Below, piece after piece: positions 19,599-29,800 of a DNA stretch of 64,000 bases. The notes under the pieces are model-generated. The model did no database searches and was not told the origin of the DNA. It was given only the letters and a program-made list of their open reading frames with translations. This DNA is from an uncultured Lachnospiraceae bacterium. GTDB taxonomy: Bacteria > Bacillota > Clostridia > Lachnospirales > Lachnospiraceae. The stretch spans positions 38,055-102,054 of the forward strand of contig CAOKQK010000001.1 in assembly GCA_948470905.1 (NCBI GenBank), written 5' to 3'. Both the position numbers and the translations under genes were made by a program. The stretch's first letter is position 1, and the number at the start of each line of letters is the position of its first letter.

Positions 19599-21704
19599 AT
19601 GCGGAGAAAAAGATTATGGGGAGTGATTTTGGCGATGGCACTGGCTATGGGGGGGTGTACACAGAGTGCTGAGACGGGAAATAATGCACAGACACCGGCA
19701 CCCTCAGGGGGTCAGGAAGCAGCGGATGGCCAGCAGGCATCGTCCGGGGGAGAAACACCAGACATCCACAGGCTATATGAAAGCCGCCCTGTTTCTTTGA
19801 AGCAGATGGAGGCATTGGACAGAGGCTTTGTGGCAGTGAAGTCGGAGGAGGGCGTCTTCCTCAGCTGGCGTTTCCTGGGAACTGATTCTGAGACACTTGC
19901 CTTTAATGTTTATAAGAACGGCAGTCTTTTGAACCAGCAGCCGATTGCCGATGTCACCTCGTACCTGGATAAGGGTGCGTCAGACGGGTCAGCCTATACC
20001 CTGGTGCCGATCCGGGACGGAAAGGAGCTCACGGAGGAGGCAGAGGAAGCGATTTCCTTTGGAGAGTACCTCTCAGTGCCTGTGAAGCAGTACGAAGTGG
20101 GAGACTACGATATCTTTGATGCGTCTGTGGGGGATTTGGACGGAGACGGACAGTATGAGATCGTGGTGCGCAGGAACCCCGCGGATATGGATCCCAAGAC
20201 CCGGGTTGCCTACCCGCTGCTTGAGGCATACAAGCTGGACGGGACTCATATGTGGACGATTAATATCGGCCCTAATGAAATCAACTATGTGGATATCAAC
20301 TTTGTCGTGTATGATATGAATGGAGACGGCAAGGCGGAGGTGGTGATGCGGTCCTTTGAGGGAACTACGGACGGGACCGGGAACCAGATAGGCGATGTGG
20401 ATGGGGACGGAAAGACCGATTACAGTAAGGCAAATGTGGTGGTGATGCCTGACCGTTCCTATCTGTCAGAGGGACCGGAATTCCTTTCCATGTATGATGG
20501 TCAGACAGGGGCAGAGATTGCCAGGACAGACTTGCTGCCCGCCAGAGATCCGCTGGATACCTGGTATGGGGGAGATAAGGGGAAGCAGGTGAAGCGCGCC
20601 AGCCACTATCTTTTCTGTGTGGCTTACCTGAATGGCGAGACTCCGAGCCTGGTGCATTTCAGAGGAGCGTGGGCAGCCTGTAAGGTAGCGGCGTATGACA
20701 TTGTGGACGGGCAGTTCCAGGTGCGATTTACAATTGACTGCGGAAAAAGGGATGAGATGGACAATACCTACAATACAGGCTATCACAGTATTGCGGTAGC
20801 GGACGTGGACTATGACGGAAAAGACGAGATCATCAACGGCGCCATGGCGATTGATGATGATGGGACCTTGATGTATACAGTGAGGGCGACAAGGGAGAGC
20901 GACGGCAGGGAATTTAAGCTGGGCCACGGAGATGCCTTTGACGTTGCTGTCATGAGTCCTGACACGCCGGCTTATTATGTCTGGGCATGCAGGGAAACGC
21001 CCAATCTTCCGTTTAACATCGGGCTTCATGACGCGCTGACAGGGGAAGTGCTTTTCGGGCAGCCAAAGATGAAGGATACGGGACGTTCCAGGGCGGCAGA
21101 TATCGATCCTACCAGCCGGGGCTGGGAGATGTGGGGTTCCACGAACACGCCTCTGCAGTCGGTGGCAGGCGAGGTGCTCAGTGAGACCTGTCCTTCTTCC
21201 ATGAATATGAAAATGTATTGGGACGGAGATCTGCTGGCGGAGCTGGTAGACCACGACAGCAGCAGTGTCATGAATATTTACAAGTGGGACTGGGAGAAGA
21301 AACAGCTGAACTCCATCCTTAAGGCGGAGGGCAGCGCTTCCAACGGCGGGACCAAGGGACAGACCTGCCTGATCGCGGATATCTTCGGCGACTGGCGGGA
21401 GGAGCTGGTGGTGAGGACGGCGGACAATAAAGAAATGCGCATCTACAGCACCACGGATGAGACGGTGTACCGGATGCCTACGCTGATGCATGACGCCACA
21501 TACCGCGAGGCGGTGGCATGGCAGAACAATCATTACAACCAGCCTGCCAATACCAGCTTTTATCTGGGAGCGGAGACGACACATGTGCCTGTGCCGGAGA
21601 TATACACCATTGATACAGAAGGGAAGAAGAAGGTAGCAGAGGCATACGAGAACCAGACAAAGGAGCATATATTTATGAAGATAGGGGGACAAAAAGCGGA
21701 ATGA
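19599..21704 (+). CDS. Rhamnogalacturonan lyase family (PL11, YesW-like) lipoprotein
   Basis: Lipoprotein-type signal ending MGGC. MEALDRGFVAV...LSWRFLG...FNVY, DLDGDG calcium loops, ADIFGDWREE and YNQP. Confidence 0.85.
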   Translation: MRRKRLWGVILAMALAMGGCTQSAETGNNAQTPAPSGGQEAADGQQASSGGETPDIHRLYESRPVSLKQMEALDRGFVAVKSEEGVFLSWRFLGTDSETLAFNVYKNGSLLNQQPIADVTSYLDKGASDGSAYTLVPIRDGKELTEEAEEAISFGEYLSVPVKQYEVGDYDIFDASVGDLDGDGQYEIVVRRNPADMDPKTRVAYPLLEAYKLDGTHMWTINIGPNEINYVDINFVVYDMNGDGKAEVVMRSFEGTTDGTGNQIGDVDGDGKTDYSKANVVVMPDRSYLSEGPEFLSMYDGQTGAEIARTDLLPARDPLDTWYGGDKGKQVKRASHYLFCVAYLNGETPSLVHFRGAWAACKVAAYDIVDGQFQVRFTIDCGKRDEMDNTYNTGYHSIAVADVDYDGKDEIINGAMAIDDDGTLMYTVRATRESDGREFKLGHGDAFDVAVMSPDTPAYYVWACRETPNLPFNIGLHDALTGEVLFGQPKMKDTGRSRAADIDPTSRGWEMWGSTNTPLQSVAGEVLSETCPSSMNMKMYWDGDLLAELVDHDSSSVMNIYKWDWEKKQLNSILKAEGSASNGGTKGQTCLIADIFGDWREELVVRTADNKEMRIYSTTDETVYRMPTLMHDATYREAVAWQNNHYNQPANTSFYLGAETTHVPVPEIYTIDTEGKKKVAEAYENQTKEHIFMKIGGQKAE

Positions 21705-22789
21705 TTTCAAGTCAGACGATTCAGGCCTGTATAGATGAACTGAAATCCATCACGAGAGTGGACCTGTGCGTGTGTGATCTGTCAGGTGATATAGTTGCGG
21801 CTACTATGGGGCAGCTGGATATTTCCACGGATCTGGTCATGAGCTTTGCCAGCTCCCCGGCGGACAGCCAGATAATCGGAGTCCACCATCTGCTCAAAAT
21901 ACTGGATGAGGGGGAGCTTCTGTATATATTGGTGGCACGGGGTTCCGGCGATGATGTATACATGATTGGGAGGATTGCTGTCTGCGAGCTGCAGAATCTC
22001 GCCGCGGCGTACAAGGAGCGGTTTGACAGGAATAATTTCTTTCAGAATCTGATCCTCGACAACCTGCTCCTGGTGGATATCTACAATCGGGCAAAGAAGC
22101 TTCACATCGAGGAGACGGCGCCCCGGGTGGTATTTTTGGTGGAAACGCATCTGGAGAAGGATGGCATTGTCACGGAGCTGCTGGGGGGGATGTTCTCTGC
22201 CCAGTCGGGCGATTATATTACTGCTGTGGACGAGAGCAGCGTGATCCTGATCAAAAAGACAGATGTAAAGGACACCCATGAAGACCTGACTGCCGTTGCC
22301 GATACGATCGTAGCGATGATGAATGCCGAGGCGATGATGAATGTAAGAGTTGCATTCGGCACAGTGGTGCAGGAGCTGAAAGATGTTTCAAAGTCCTACA
22401 AAGAGGCCAAAATGGCGCTGGACGTGGGAAAGATTTTTTATGCGGAGAAAAATGTGGTGGCGTACAGTATGCTGGGGATCGGGCGCCTGATCTACCAGCT
22501 GCCGGTAAACCTGTGCAAGATTTTTATCGAAGAAATTTTTGGCGACAATGCGCCTAATGACCTTGACGAGGAGACGCTGAATACCATCAACCAATTCTTT
22601 GAGAACAATCTGAATGTGTCGGAGACATCCAGGAAGCTGTTTGTACACAGAAACACACTGGTCTACCGGATAGAAAAGCTGCAGAAAAGCACGGGGCTTG
22701 ACCTGAGGAACTTTGATGATGCGCTCACATTCAAGATCGCCCTGATGGTGGTGAATTATATGAAATACCTGGACAGTAACGAATATTGA
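21701..22789 (+). CDS. PucR/CdaR-family transcriptional regulator
   Basis: C-terminal HTH NLNVSETSRKLFVHRNTLVYRIEK; ATGA overlap with the PL11 stop. Confidence 0.9.
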   Translation: MISSQTIQACIDELKSITRVDLCVCDLSGDIVAATMGQLDISTDLVMSFASSPADSQIIGVHHLLKILDEGELLYILVARGSGDDVYMIGRIAVCELQNLAAAYKERFDRNNFFQNLILDNLLLVDIYNRAKKLHIEETAPRVVFLVETHLEKDGIVTELLGGMFSAQSGDYITAVDESSVILIKKTDVKDTHEDLTAVADTIVAMMNAEAMMNVRVAFGTVVQELKDVSKSYKEAKMALDVGKIFYAEKNVVAYSMLGIGRLIYQLPVNLCKIFIEEIFGDNAPNDLDEETLNTINQFFENNLNVSETSRKLFVHRNTLVYRIEKLQKSTGLDLRNFDDALTFKIALMVVNYMKYLDSNEY

Positions 22790-22817
22790 ATACTGAACAA
22801 ATAAAGGAATAAAAGAG

Positions 22818-22879
22818 ACAACCCCCTGAATATATTGATGTAAGGCAGCAGATCTTAATCAATATGTCAGGGGGATTGT
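22818..22879 (+). promoter_or_regulatory. Long inverted repeat covering the RBS of the next gene
   Basis: acaaccccctgaatatattgat ... atcaatatgtcagggggattgt ends just before the ATG at 22881. Confidence 0.6.
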
Positions 22880-22880
22880 T

Positions 22881-24260
22881 ATGTTTTATGATAAAAAAAT
22901 AAAATATCTTGATTATTATGAGAGGGGAGAGAGGATTAAAGGCTGTGGTTTTGTCAAGATTGAGGCAAGGGATGAAGAACTTAGGATCGAGCTGACGGTC
23001 AGCGGGCTGCATCCTACGGATTCTTTTGCCCGGGAGGTAATGCTGTGCAGTGACAGGCAGGAGAAACAGCTGACCCAATTGGAAATGTACCAGGGCAGAG
23101 GGGAATTGAAACGGATCTATCACAGCCGGAGTGATATCGGCGGCACAGGAATTCCCTATTGGGAGCTGTGCGGAATCTGTATTCATCTGGGCGGGGACAG
23201 GGAGATATCCTGCAGGTGGCAGAAAAGTGAAAACAAGCCTGCAGAAATGTTTTTAAGAAAAGCAGCAGATCAAAGCCTGCACGCAGCGGCAATCCCCGCA
23301 GCGGTTCCCATGCCAGGACAGGGCGGGAGCCCCGGAACGACAGCGGAAGATTCGCCGGTAAAATTAATCTGGCCGGGGAGAGAGGATAGACAGCTAAGGC
23401 AGGAGAGAGAAGGAATCCAGGATAGACAGCTAAGGCAGGAAAGAGAAGGAGGCCAGGATAGACAGCTAAGTCAGGAAAGAGAAGGAGCCCAGGATAGACA
23501 GTTAAGACAGGAGTGGGAAGGAGCAAGGAGGGGAGAAAGGCAGGAGACAATTTGGGAAGAAGCTGCAGAAAGAGGGGGAAGGGAGAGACAGACAGGAAGC
23601 CAGAGGACGAGCCGGGGAGAGCCTGTGAGGCAGGAGGAAGCGAGGAGGGAAAGAGAAAGGCTGGAGTCAGCCTGGAAAGAATCTGCAGCCGGGAATGCAG
23701 AGAACCCGGCTGCGCGCAGGAGGGAGCCTGCTGAGAGAGAATACATGGAGAGAAAAGCCGCAGAGAGGGAAGCTATAGGGAGAAAAGCGGCAGGGAGGGA
23801 AACGATAGAAAGACAACCCGCAGAGAGAGAGTTCATAGTAACAGAACCTGTAAACAGAGAATCCTCTGCAGGAAAGCCGGCAAGGGAGGAGCGGCGGCAC
23901 CCCAGAATGCTGGATGACAAGTGGATGCAGCTGTGTGCCATCTACCCTCATGTACAGCCGTTTCGGGATGAACGGGATTATCTGTCCATCAAGCCTGTGG
24001 ATTTCCTGCTGTTCCCGACAGAAGCCTACCGTCAGGTCAACAACAGCTTCCTGTTACACGGATATTATAACTATAAGCATTTGCTGCTTTCCCGCATGGA
24101 GCGCAAGGGAGAGATTATTTATTACATAGGAGTGCCGGGGAATTATTATGAGAAGGAGAAGCAGGTGGCGCTGATGTTTGGCTTTGAAAGCTTTGAATGT
24201 GCCGAAGAACCGGCGGAGGATGGAGATTTTGGCTATTATATGATGCGCATGGAGCTGTAG
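22881..24260 (+). CDS. Hypothetical protein (DUF6128-like) with central tandem repeats
   Basis: N-terminus YLDYYERGERIKGCGFVK and C-terminus NNSFLLHGYYNYKH...GVPG...MFGF...GDFGYY flank a low-complexity middle. Confidence 0.75.
   Translation: MFYDKKIKYLDYYERGERIKGCGFVKIEARDEELRIELTVSGLHPTDSFAREVMLCSDRQEKQLTQLEMYQGRGELKRIYHSRSDIGGTGIPYWELCGICIHLGGDREISCRWQKSENKPAEMFLRKAADQSLHAAAIPAAVPMPGQGGSPGTTAEDSPVKLIWPGREDRQLRQEREGIQDRQLRQEREGGQDRQLSQEREGAQDRQLRQEWEGARRGERQETIWEEAAERGGRERQTGSQRTSRGEPVRQEEARRERERLESAWKESAAGNAENPAARRREPAEREYMERKAAEREAIGRKAAGRETIERQPAEREFIVTEPVNRESSAGKPAREERRHPRMLDDKWMQLCAIYPHVQPFRDERDYLSIKPVDFLLFPTEAYRQVNNSFLLHGYYNYKHLLLSRMERKGEIIYYIGVPGNYYEKEKQVALMFGFESFECAEEPAEDGDFGYYMMRMEL
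23383..23526 (+). repeat. Coding tandem repeat, 4 x 36 bp (QDRQLRQEREGx)
   Basis: Unit aggatagacagctaaggcaggagagagaaggaatcc repeated with few changes. Confidence 0.9.
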
Positions 24261-24264
24261 CGGG

Positions 24265-25194
24265 TCACAGCCCCTCGCCGTCAAATAAAGGGATAAAGCT
24301 TTCCGCCGCGGTGCCGCCCTCCTGGATGTAGCCCTGCTCAATGCCGATTTTGTCCGCAAAATCCAGAATCTTTTCATATTCCTCAGGAGTGATCGTCCTG
24401 TCCAGCTCTGGAAAGGAGGCAGCCTGCGGCAGAGGGGTGTACTGGTTCATGATACTGACATAAATGTCATTGTGATAAGTATCGTGAAGGTATCGCAGTA
24501 TTTTCTTGGAATCGGCAGACTGGCCGGGAAGCAGCAGGTGCCGGACAATAACGCCTCTTTTTAACAGCCCGCTTTCGCTGTCAAACACAGGGACACCTGC
24601 CTGACGGAACATTTCCCCGATGGCGGAGGAAGCCGTTTTGAAATAATCAGGGGCGTGGGAATATTTTGCGGCAGTCTCCGGTGAAAAATATTTCAGGTCG
24701 GGAAGGTAAATATCAACAAGGCCCTCCAGAAGCTGCAGGGAAGCGACATTCTCATATCCGGAGCTGTTATATACGATAGGCAGGCACAGGCCTCCCTGCT
24801 TTGCCAGCTTCAAACCAAGACAGATCTGGGGGATAAAGTGGCTGGGAGTGACCAGATTGATATTTGCAGCGCCCTTTGCCTGCAGTTCCAGAAAGATTTC
24901 CGCCAGGCGTTCCACAGAAATCTTTCGTCCGCTTTTGCCCAGGGCGATGGGATGGTTCTGGCAGAAGACACACTGCAGGCTGCAGCCGGAGAAAAAGACT
25001 GCTCCAGAGCCTGCAGAGCCCGATATACAGGGTTCCTCCCAGAAGTGCAGCGCAGCCCGTGCCGCGGTGAGCTCTGCTGTCTGGCCGCAGTAGCCGGTTT
25101 GGCCGGACAGCCTGTCTGCATGGCAGTTTCTGGGACAGAGAGTGCAGTCAGACATAGATGCATTTACAAAATTTTGGGTAATTTCTACAGGCAT
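24265..25194 (-). CDS. Radical SAM protein (PflX / PFL-activating-like)
   Basis: CTLCPRNC, HFWEEPCISG, CSLQCVFCQN, NINLVTP, DIYLPDLKY and RHLLLP; the start codon is uncertain. Confidence 0.88.
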   Translation of the reverse strand: MPVEITQNFVNASMSDCTLCPRNCHADRLSGQTGYCGQTAELTAARAALHFWEEPCISGSAGSGAVFFSGCSLQCVFCQNHPIALGKSGRKISVERLAEIFLELQAKGAANINLVTPSHFIPQICLGLKLAKQGGLCLPIVYNSSGYENVASLQLLEGLVDIYLPDLKYFSPETAAKYSHAPDYFKTASSAIGEMFRQAGVPVFDSESGLLKRGVIVRHLLLPGQSADSKKILRYLHDTYHNDIYVSIMNQYTPLPQAASFPELDRTITPEEYEKILDFADKIGIEQGYIQEGGTAAESFIPLFDGEGL

Positions 25195-25220
25195 GATGTT
25201 ATAAAAAAGAAAAGCAAAAT

Positions 25221-25380
25221 ACCGCACATCCCAAGGTATCAGCACAGCTCCACCCGGCTGCCTTACGGCACATGAAAGGTTCCGCTTAGTGCTGCTTTGT
25301 TCCCAACCTGACACGGTTCGCGGATTTTCATTGCGTAAGACCGAATTTCATCGCTGTGCCTGACCTTGAAAATGTACGGC
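25221..25380 (-). ncRNA. ffs: Signal recognition particle RNA (small bacterial type)
   Basis: Minus strand reads gaaccgtgtcagg-ttgGGAAcaa-agcagcactaagcg, the SRP helix 8 with GGAA tetraloop. 5' gccgtacattttcaaggt pairs with 3' accttgggatgtgcggt, followed by a T-rich tract. Confidence 0.9.
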
Positions 25381-25386
25381 TTTATT

Positions 25387-25415
25387 AGTGTATCGGTTTC
25401 TGATGGATTTGTCAA
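25387..25415 (-). promoter_or_regulatory. Sigma-A promoter of SRP RNA
   Basis: TTGACA-17 nt-TACACT on the minus strand. Confidence 0.8.
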
Positions 25416-25439
25416 GTAATCTCAGGTGCTTTTATGTTT

Positions 25440-26084
25440 TTATTTTACCCTTGTGAGCTCAAAAGGATAGGAAAGCCCCTGGATTGTCCCGTTAAAGAAG
25501 GGAGAAGCGGCAGCATCCTCTGCTGCATTGAGTGTCATCTTGTCGCCGTCAATAGAGATGAGGTCGTAAATCCTATCGTCAATCTTGTCGGCGCCCATAA
25601 AAAATTTGCCGTCCTTTATTTTATAGACACCTTCCTGTACAATGGAGCTTGTGAGCTCGGTGATGTTGATGCTTTCTTTAATTGACTGGAGAGCATAATC
25701 CTTTACCGACATTCCTACCTGTGCTTCCAGAGCAGCCTGTGCATCGGCACGGTTCATGCCCTGAGCCTCCATTGCGGAATACAGATATTCTGTGAAGTAA
25801 TCCGCCAGCGCACCCATAAAGGTATCCATGTCTTTTTCGGTTTCCTTTTCGTCAACATACATTTTGTAAGTGCCGTCCTTGCTGAGGTCAAGGTAGACTG
25901 TAAATACAAAGGGCGCGTTAAAATCTGAGAATTCGCTGCCCATTTCTTCCTTCATGGCAGCGGACAGATCCATTTTCAGGCTCCATGTACCAATTGCATT
26001 CGCGTCGGACTTCCCGCAGGCGGCGAAAGCCAGCAACATGACAAATGCCAGCAGTAATGCTGATATTTTTTTCAACTTGTTCAT
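25440..26084 (-). CDS. Hypothetical lipoprotein
   Basis: RBS ggagga; MNKLKKISALLLAFVMLLAFAAC lipobox. Confidence 0.8.
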   Translation of the reverse strand: MNKLKKISALLLAFVMLLAFAACGKSDANAIGTWSLKMDLSAAMKEEMGSEFSDFNAPFVFTVYLDLSKDGTYKMYVDEKETEKDMDTFMGALADYFTEYLYSAMEAQGMNRADAQAALEAQVGMSVKDYALQSIKESINITELTSSIVQEGVYKIKDGKFFMGADKIDDRIYDLISIDGDKMTLNAAEDAAASPFFNGTIQGLSYPFELTRVK

Positions 26085-26200
26085 TTCGATAATTTCCTCC
26101 TCGCGTATAAAAAAGTTCAAAAGCAAACACATCTATTATATTCGCGTTGCGGAGGATTGTCAATGAATAATTTTGCCACAGAAACCTGCCTCACGCATTC

Positions 26201-26701
26201 CTATTCCCCAATATAAGTGGGTGCGTTCTTAGGACTCTTGCCTTTGATAACGTTATGATAATAGGCATAGGTCATGGGGGTGTCCTGTTTCAGCATGTCA
26301 GCATCCAGGACCTTGCCCAGAAATACCGTGTGGGTGGAGGTCTCCATTTTGTCAATGACCTCGCACACAATATAGGCGCAGGCGTCGGCAACCACCGGCA
26401 TAAAGCCTTTTACCGTGCTCTCTGCTTCGTCAAACTTGTTATTGTCCCTGCCGCTCTTGAAGCCAAAGGTGCCAATGATGGAAGGGCTGGAGTTCTCGCC
26501 CAGAATGGAAATGGCGAATTTCCCTGTATTCTGGATACACTGATTGGTATAGTTGTCGTGGTTGATGCTCACGGCAATGGTGGCAGGATCGGAGGTGATC
26601 TGCATGGCGCTGTTTGCCGTGCAGCCGGTTGCCCGCCCCTCATCCCAGGTGCTGATCACGTATACCCCGTAAGACAGTTGTCTAAATGCGTTTTTATTCA
26701 T
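26201..26701 (-). CDS. Flavin reductase family protein
   Basis: LSYGVYVIS, FGFKSGRDNNKF, THTVFLG and PMTYAYYH; RBS aaggag. Confidence 0.9.
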   Translation of the reverse strand: MNKNAFRQLSYGVYVISTWDEGRATGCTANSAMQITSDPATIAVSINHDNYTNQCIQNTGKFAISILGENSSPSIIGTFGFKSGRDNNKFDEAESTVKGFMPVVADACAYIVCEVIDKMETSTHTVFLGKVLDADMLKQDTPMTYAYYHNVIKGKSPKNAPTYIGE

Positions 26702-26732
26702 ACAAATAAGCTCCTTTCTCATCAAACGTATC

Positions 26733-26764
26733 GTAACAGTTCAGACAGGTCACTGAACTGTTAC
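26733..26764. repeat. Perfect 12-bp inverted repeat
   Basis: gtaacagttcag-acaggtca-ctgaactgttac, between the Sel1 gene and the flavin reductase gene. Confidence 0.7.
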
Positions 26765-26886
26765 AACGTATCTGTCGTTGCAGACATCTCATGTTTACAG
26801 ACAGTAAGGCGTGGATGTCGTTATTGGCGCATTCCCCGGCTTTTGTGGGCTCATCCTGCGTCAGCTGCAAAGTCATGAGCAGCTCC

Positions 26887-29800
26887 TTACATCAGCTCCA
26901 GCCGTTCCAGGGCAGCGATCGCGTTCTGGTTGCCCTGCTCCGCGGCAGCGGTGTACAAGGCTGCCGCCATGTCCATGTCGCATTCCACACCGTTTCCGTT
27001 TTCGTAACAGACGCCCAGATTGAACTGTGCCCGGGCATTGCCCTGTGCGGCTGCCTTTGCGTACCACCGGACCGCCTGTTCATAGTCCTGCTCCAAACCG
27101 TTTCCGAAATACAGACACTGGCCTATATTGAACTGTGAACCGGCGTCGCCCTGCTCTGCGGCCTTCGCCCACCATGCCGCCGCCATGCTCATGTCCTTTT
27201 CCACGCCTCTGCCGCTGCAGTAACAGTTGCCCAGATTGATCTGTGCGCTCATATTGCCCTGCATGGCGGCCTGGGTGTACCATTTGATTGCCTCGTCCCA
27301 GTCCTGTTCTACGCCCCTGCCCTTGGCATAGCACAGAGCCGCGTTGTATTGCGCGACTTCCTGCCCCTGTCTGGCCGCCTGGATATACAAGCCGGCGGCT
27401 GCTTCATCGTCCTGCTCCACACCCTGGCCGTTCTCATAACACACAGCCAGGCCGGTCTGTGCGTTGGCATCGCCCTGTGCGGCAGCTTTGGTCCACCAAA
27501 GGACAGCCTTCTGCTGGTCCTGTGCCACGCCAAGGCCGCTGTAACAGCATTTTCCAAACTCGTACTGCGCGCCCACATGTCCCTGTTTGGCTGCCCTGGA
27601 ATACCAAAGGGCTGCCTGCTCCTGATTCTGTTCCACGCCGTCGCCGTCCTCGTAGCATACTCCCAAATTGAATTGTGCAACCGCGTTGTCCTGTTCGGCA
27701 GCTTTTGTCCACCAGAAGACAGCCTGTGCCATATCCTGTTTCAGCCCCCAGCCGCTCTGATAACTGCATCCAACCTTTAACTGGGCGTCAGCATCCCCGG
27801 CCTCCGCCGCTTTCTGATACCAGGCAAAAGCCTGTGCATCGTCCTGTTCCACACCGTCGCCCTGCTCGTAGCACAGTCCCAGATTGTACTGCGCATTGGT
27901 GTTTCCCTGGTCTGCTGCCTTCTGGTACCAATAGACAGCCTGTGATATGTCCTGTTCCACGCCATTGCCGTGCTCGTAACGATATCCAAGCTCCAGCTGG
28001 GCGTCGGCATCTCCCAGCTCTGCCGCTTTTTTGTACCAATAAGCCGCTTGTGCCTGATCCTGTTCCGTGATCTTGCCCAAGTCATAGCACAAGCCCAGGT
28101 TGTATGCCGCGAAAGCACTGCCCTGCTCCGCCGCCTTGCGGTACCAGTAAAGAGCCTTGTCATAGTCCTGCTCTACGCCATTGCCGTGTTCATAACAGCT
28201 GCCCAGATTATTCTGTGCTGCGCTGTTGCCGTTCTCGGCCGACTTTCTGTACCAGTAGGCTGCCTGTTTATCGTCCTGTTCTATGCCCCTGCCGTTCTTG
28301 TAACAGAGGGCCAGACTGTTCTGCGCCATTTCGTCGCCGGCTTCCGAAGCTTTGCGATACCAATCCACAGCCTTGACATAGTCCTGTTCCACGCCTGTTC
28401 CGTACTCGTAGCAGCAGCCTAACTGATACCATGCCTCGTAATGTCCCTGCTCAGATGCCTTTGTGTACCAGTAAAATGCCTTGTCATAATTGATTTCCAC
28501 ACCCATGCCGTAGTAATAGCAGTTGCCTATATTTCGCTGGGCATCTGCGTCGCCGCCCTGGGCGCCTTTTGTATACCAGTAGATGGCCTGCTCCCAGTCC
28601 TGCTCCACGCCCTGGGCGTTTTCATAGCAGTAGCCAAGGCTTCGCTGTGCCTGGGCATTGCCTGCCTCCGCAGCCGCCCGGTAATATTCCACCGCCTTTG
28701 ACCAGTCCTGCTTCACCCCCAGGCCGTGCTTATAGTTGTCGCCCAGCTTATCCAATGCGGCTGCGGACAGGGCGTTATCTCCGCTGTTTTTTGCCTCTGT
28801 CGTAAGCCAGCGGTTGAGGATACCATCGTTATAGTATTCATGGAACCTGCTGCCTGCCAGCTCACTGCCGTTTTCAGATGCCTCAAGATACCATTCTGCT
28901 GCCTTTGCCAGATCTCGCTCCACTCCGCGCCCTGTTTCGTAGCATTGGGCAAGACGGTACTGTGCCTCCACATGCTTTTGAGAGGCGGATTTAGAGAACC
29001 ATGTGAATGCATCCGACAGACTTAAAGCTACGCCGCGGCCGGTTTCACAGCGCCTTGCAAGCTCATATTGGGCATCTGAGTCGCCGCCTTCCGCCGCCTT
29101 GATGTACCAGCGGACAGCTTCGCCGTCGTTTTTGGGGACACCTTCGCCGTGCTCATAATAGAATGCAAGACAACGCTGCGCGGGTGCGAAGTCCTGCAGG
29201 GCAGCTTTGGTAAACCATGCGATTGCCTGTTCTGTGTCCTGGGGAACGCCTTCGCCGTTATAATAGCACGCGGCGAGCTTACACTGTGCCACTGCATCAC
29301 CCTGCGCAGCGGCTTCCGCGTACTGTGCGGCAGCTTCCTGCAGGGATTGGTCTGTCTCCGCATCCCAGTTCTCGTCCAGGTCCTCCTCATCCTCCCAGGC
29401 GTCATCCTCGTCGTCATCCGAGTCCCCGTCATTTTCCAGATCGCCGTCCTCGTCGTCCTCATCGTCCTCGTCATCCAGGTCATCGTCCTCGTCATCATCA
29501 GAGTCGTCCTCGTCGTCATCCGAGTCCTCGTCATCATCCAGGTCATCGTCATACTCGTCCTCAAAGTCTTTGTCGTCCCAGTCCTCGTCGTCATACATTT
29601 CTGCATATCTGTTCAGGCTGTCCTGGTCAACTGCCCTGGCGAGCCAGAAGGTGGCCTGCTCGTCGTTCTGCGCTGTCCCCATTCCCAGTGCATGACAGCG
29701 TCCCAGCGCGTGCATTGCGCCCGGGTGATTCTGTTTGGCAGCTTTTGTGTACCATGAAAATGCTGCTTCCCCGTCCTGCGCCGTGCCGTTTCCTGTCTCG

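Noticed and set aside
14491-21710. Long minus-strand ORFs (313, 353 and 414 aa)
   Set aside because: Antisense to metG, msmX and the PL11 gene; explained by codon bias.
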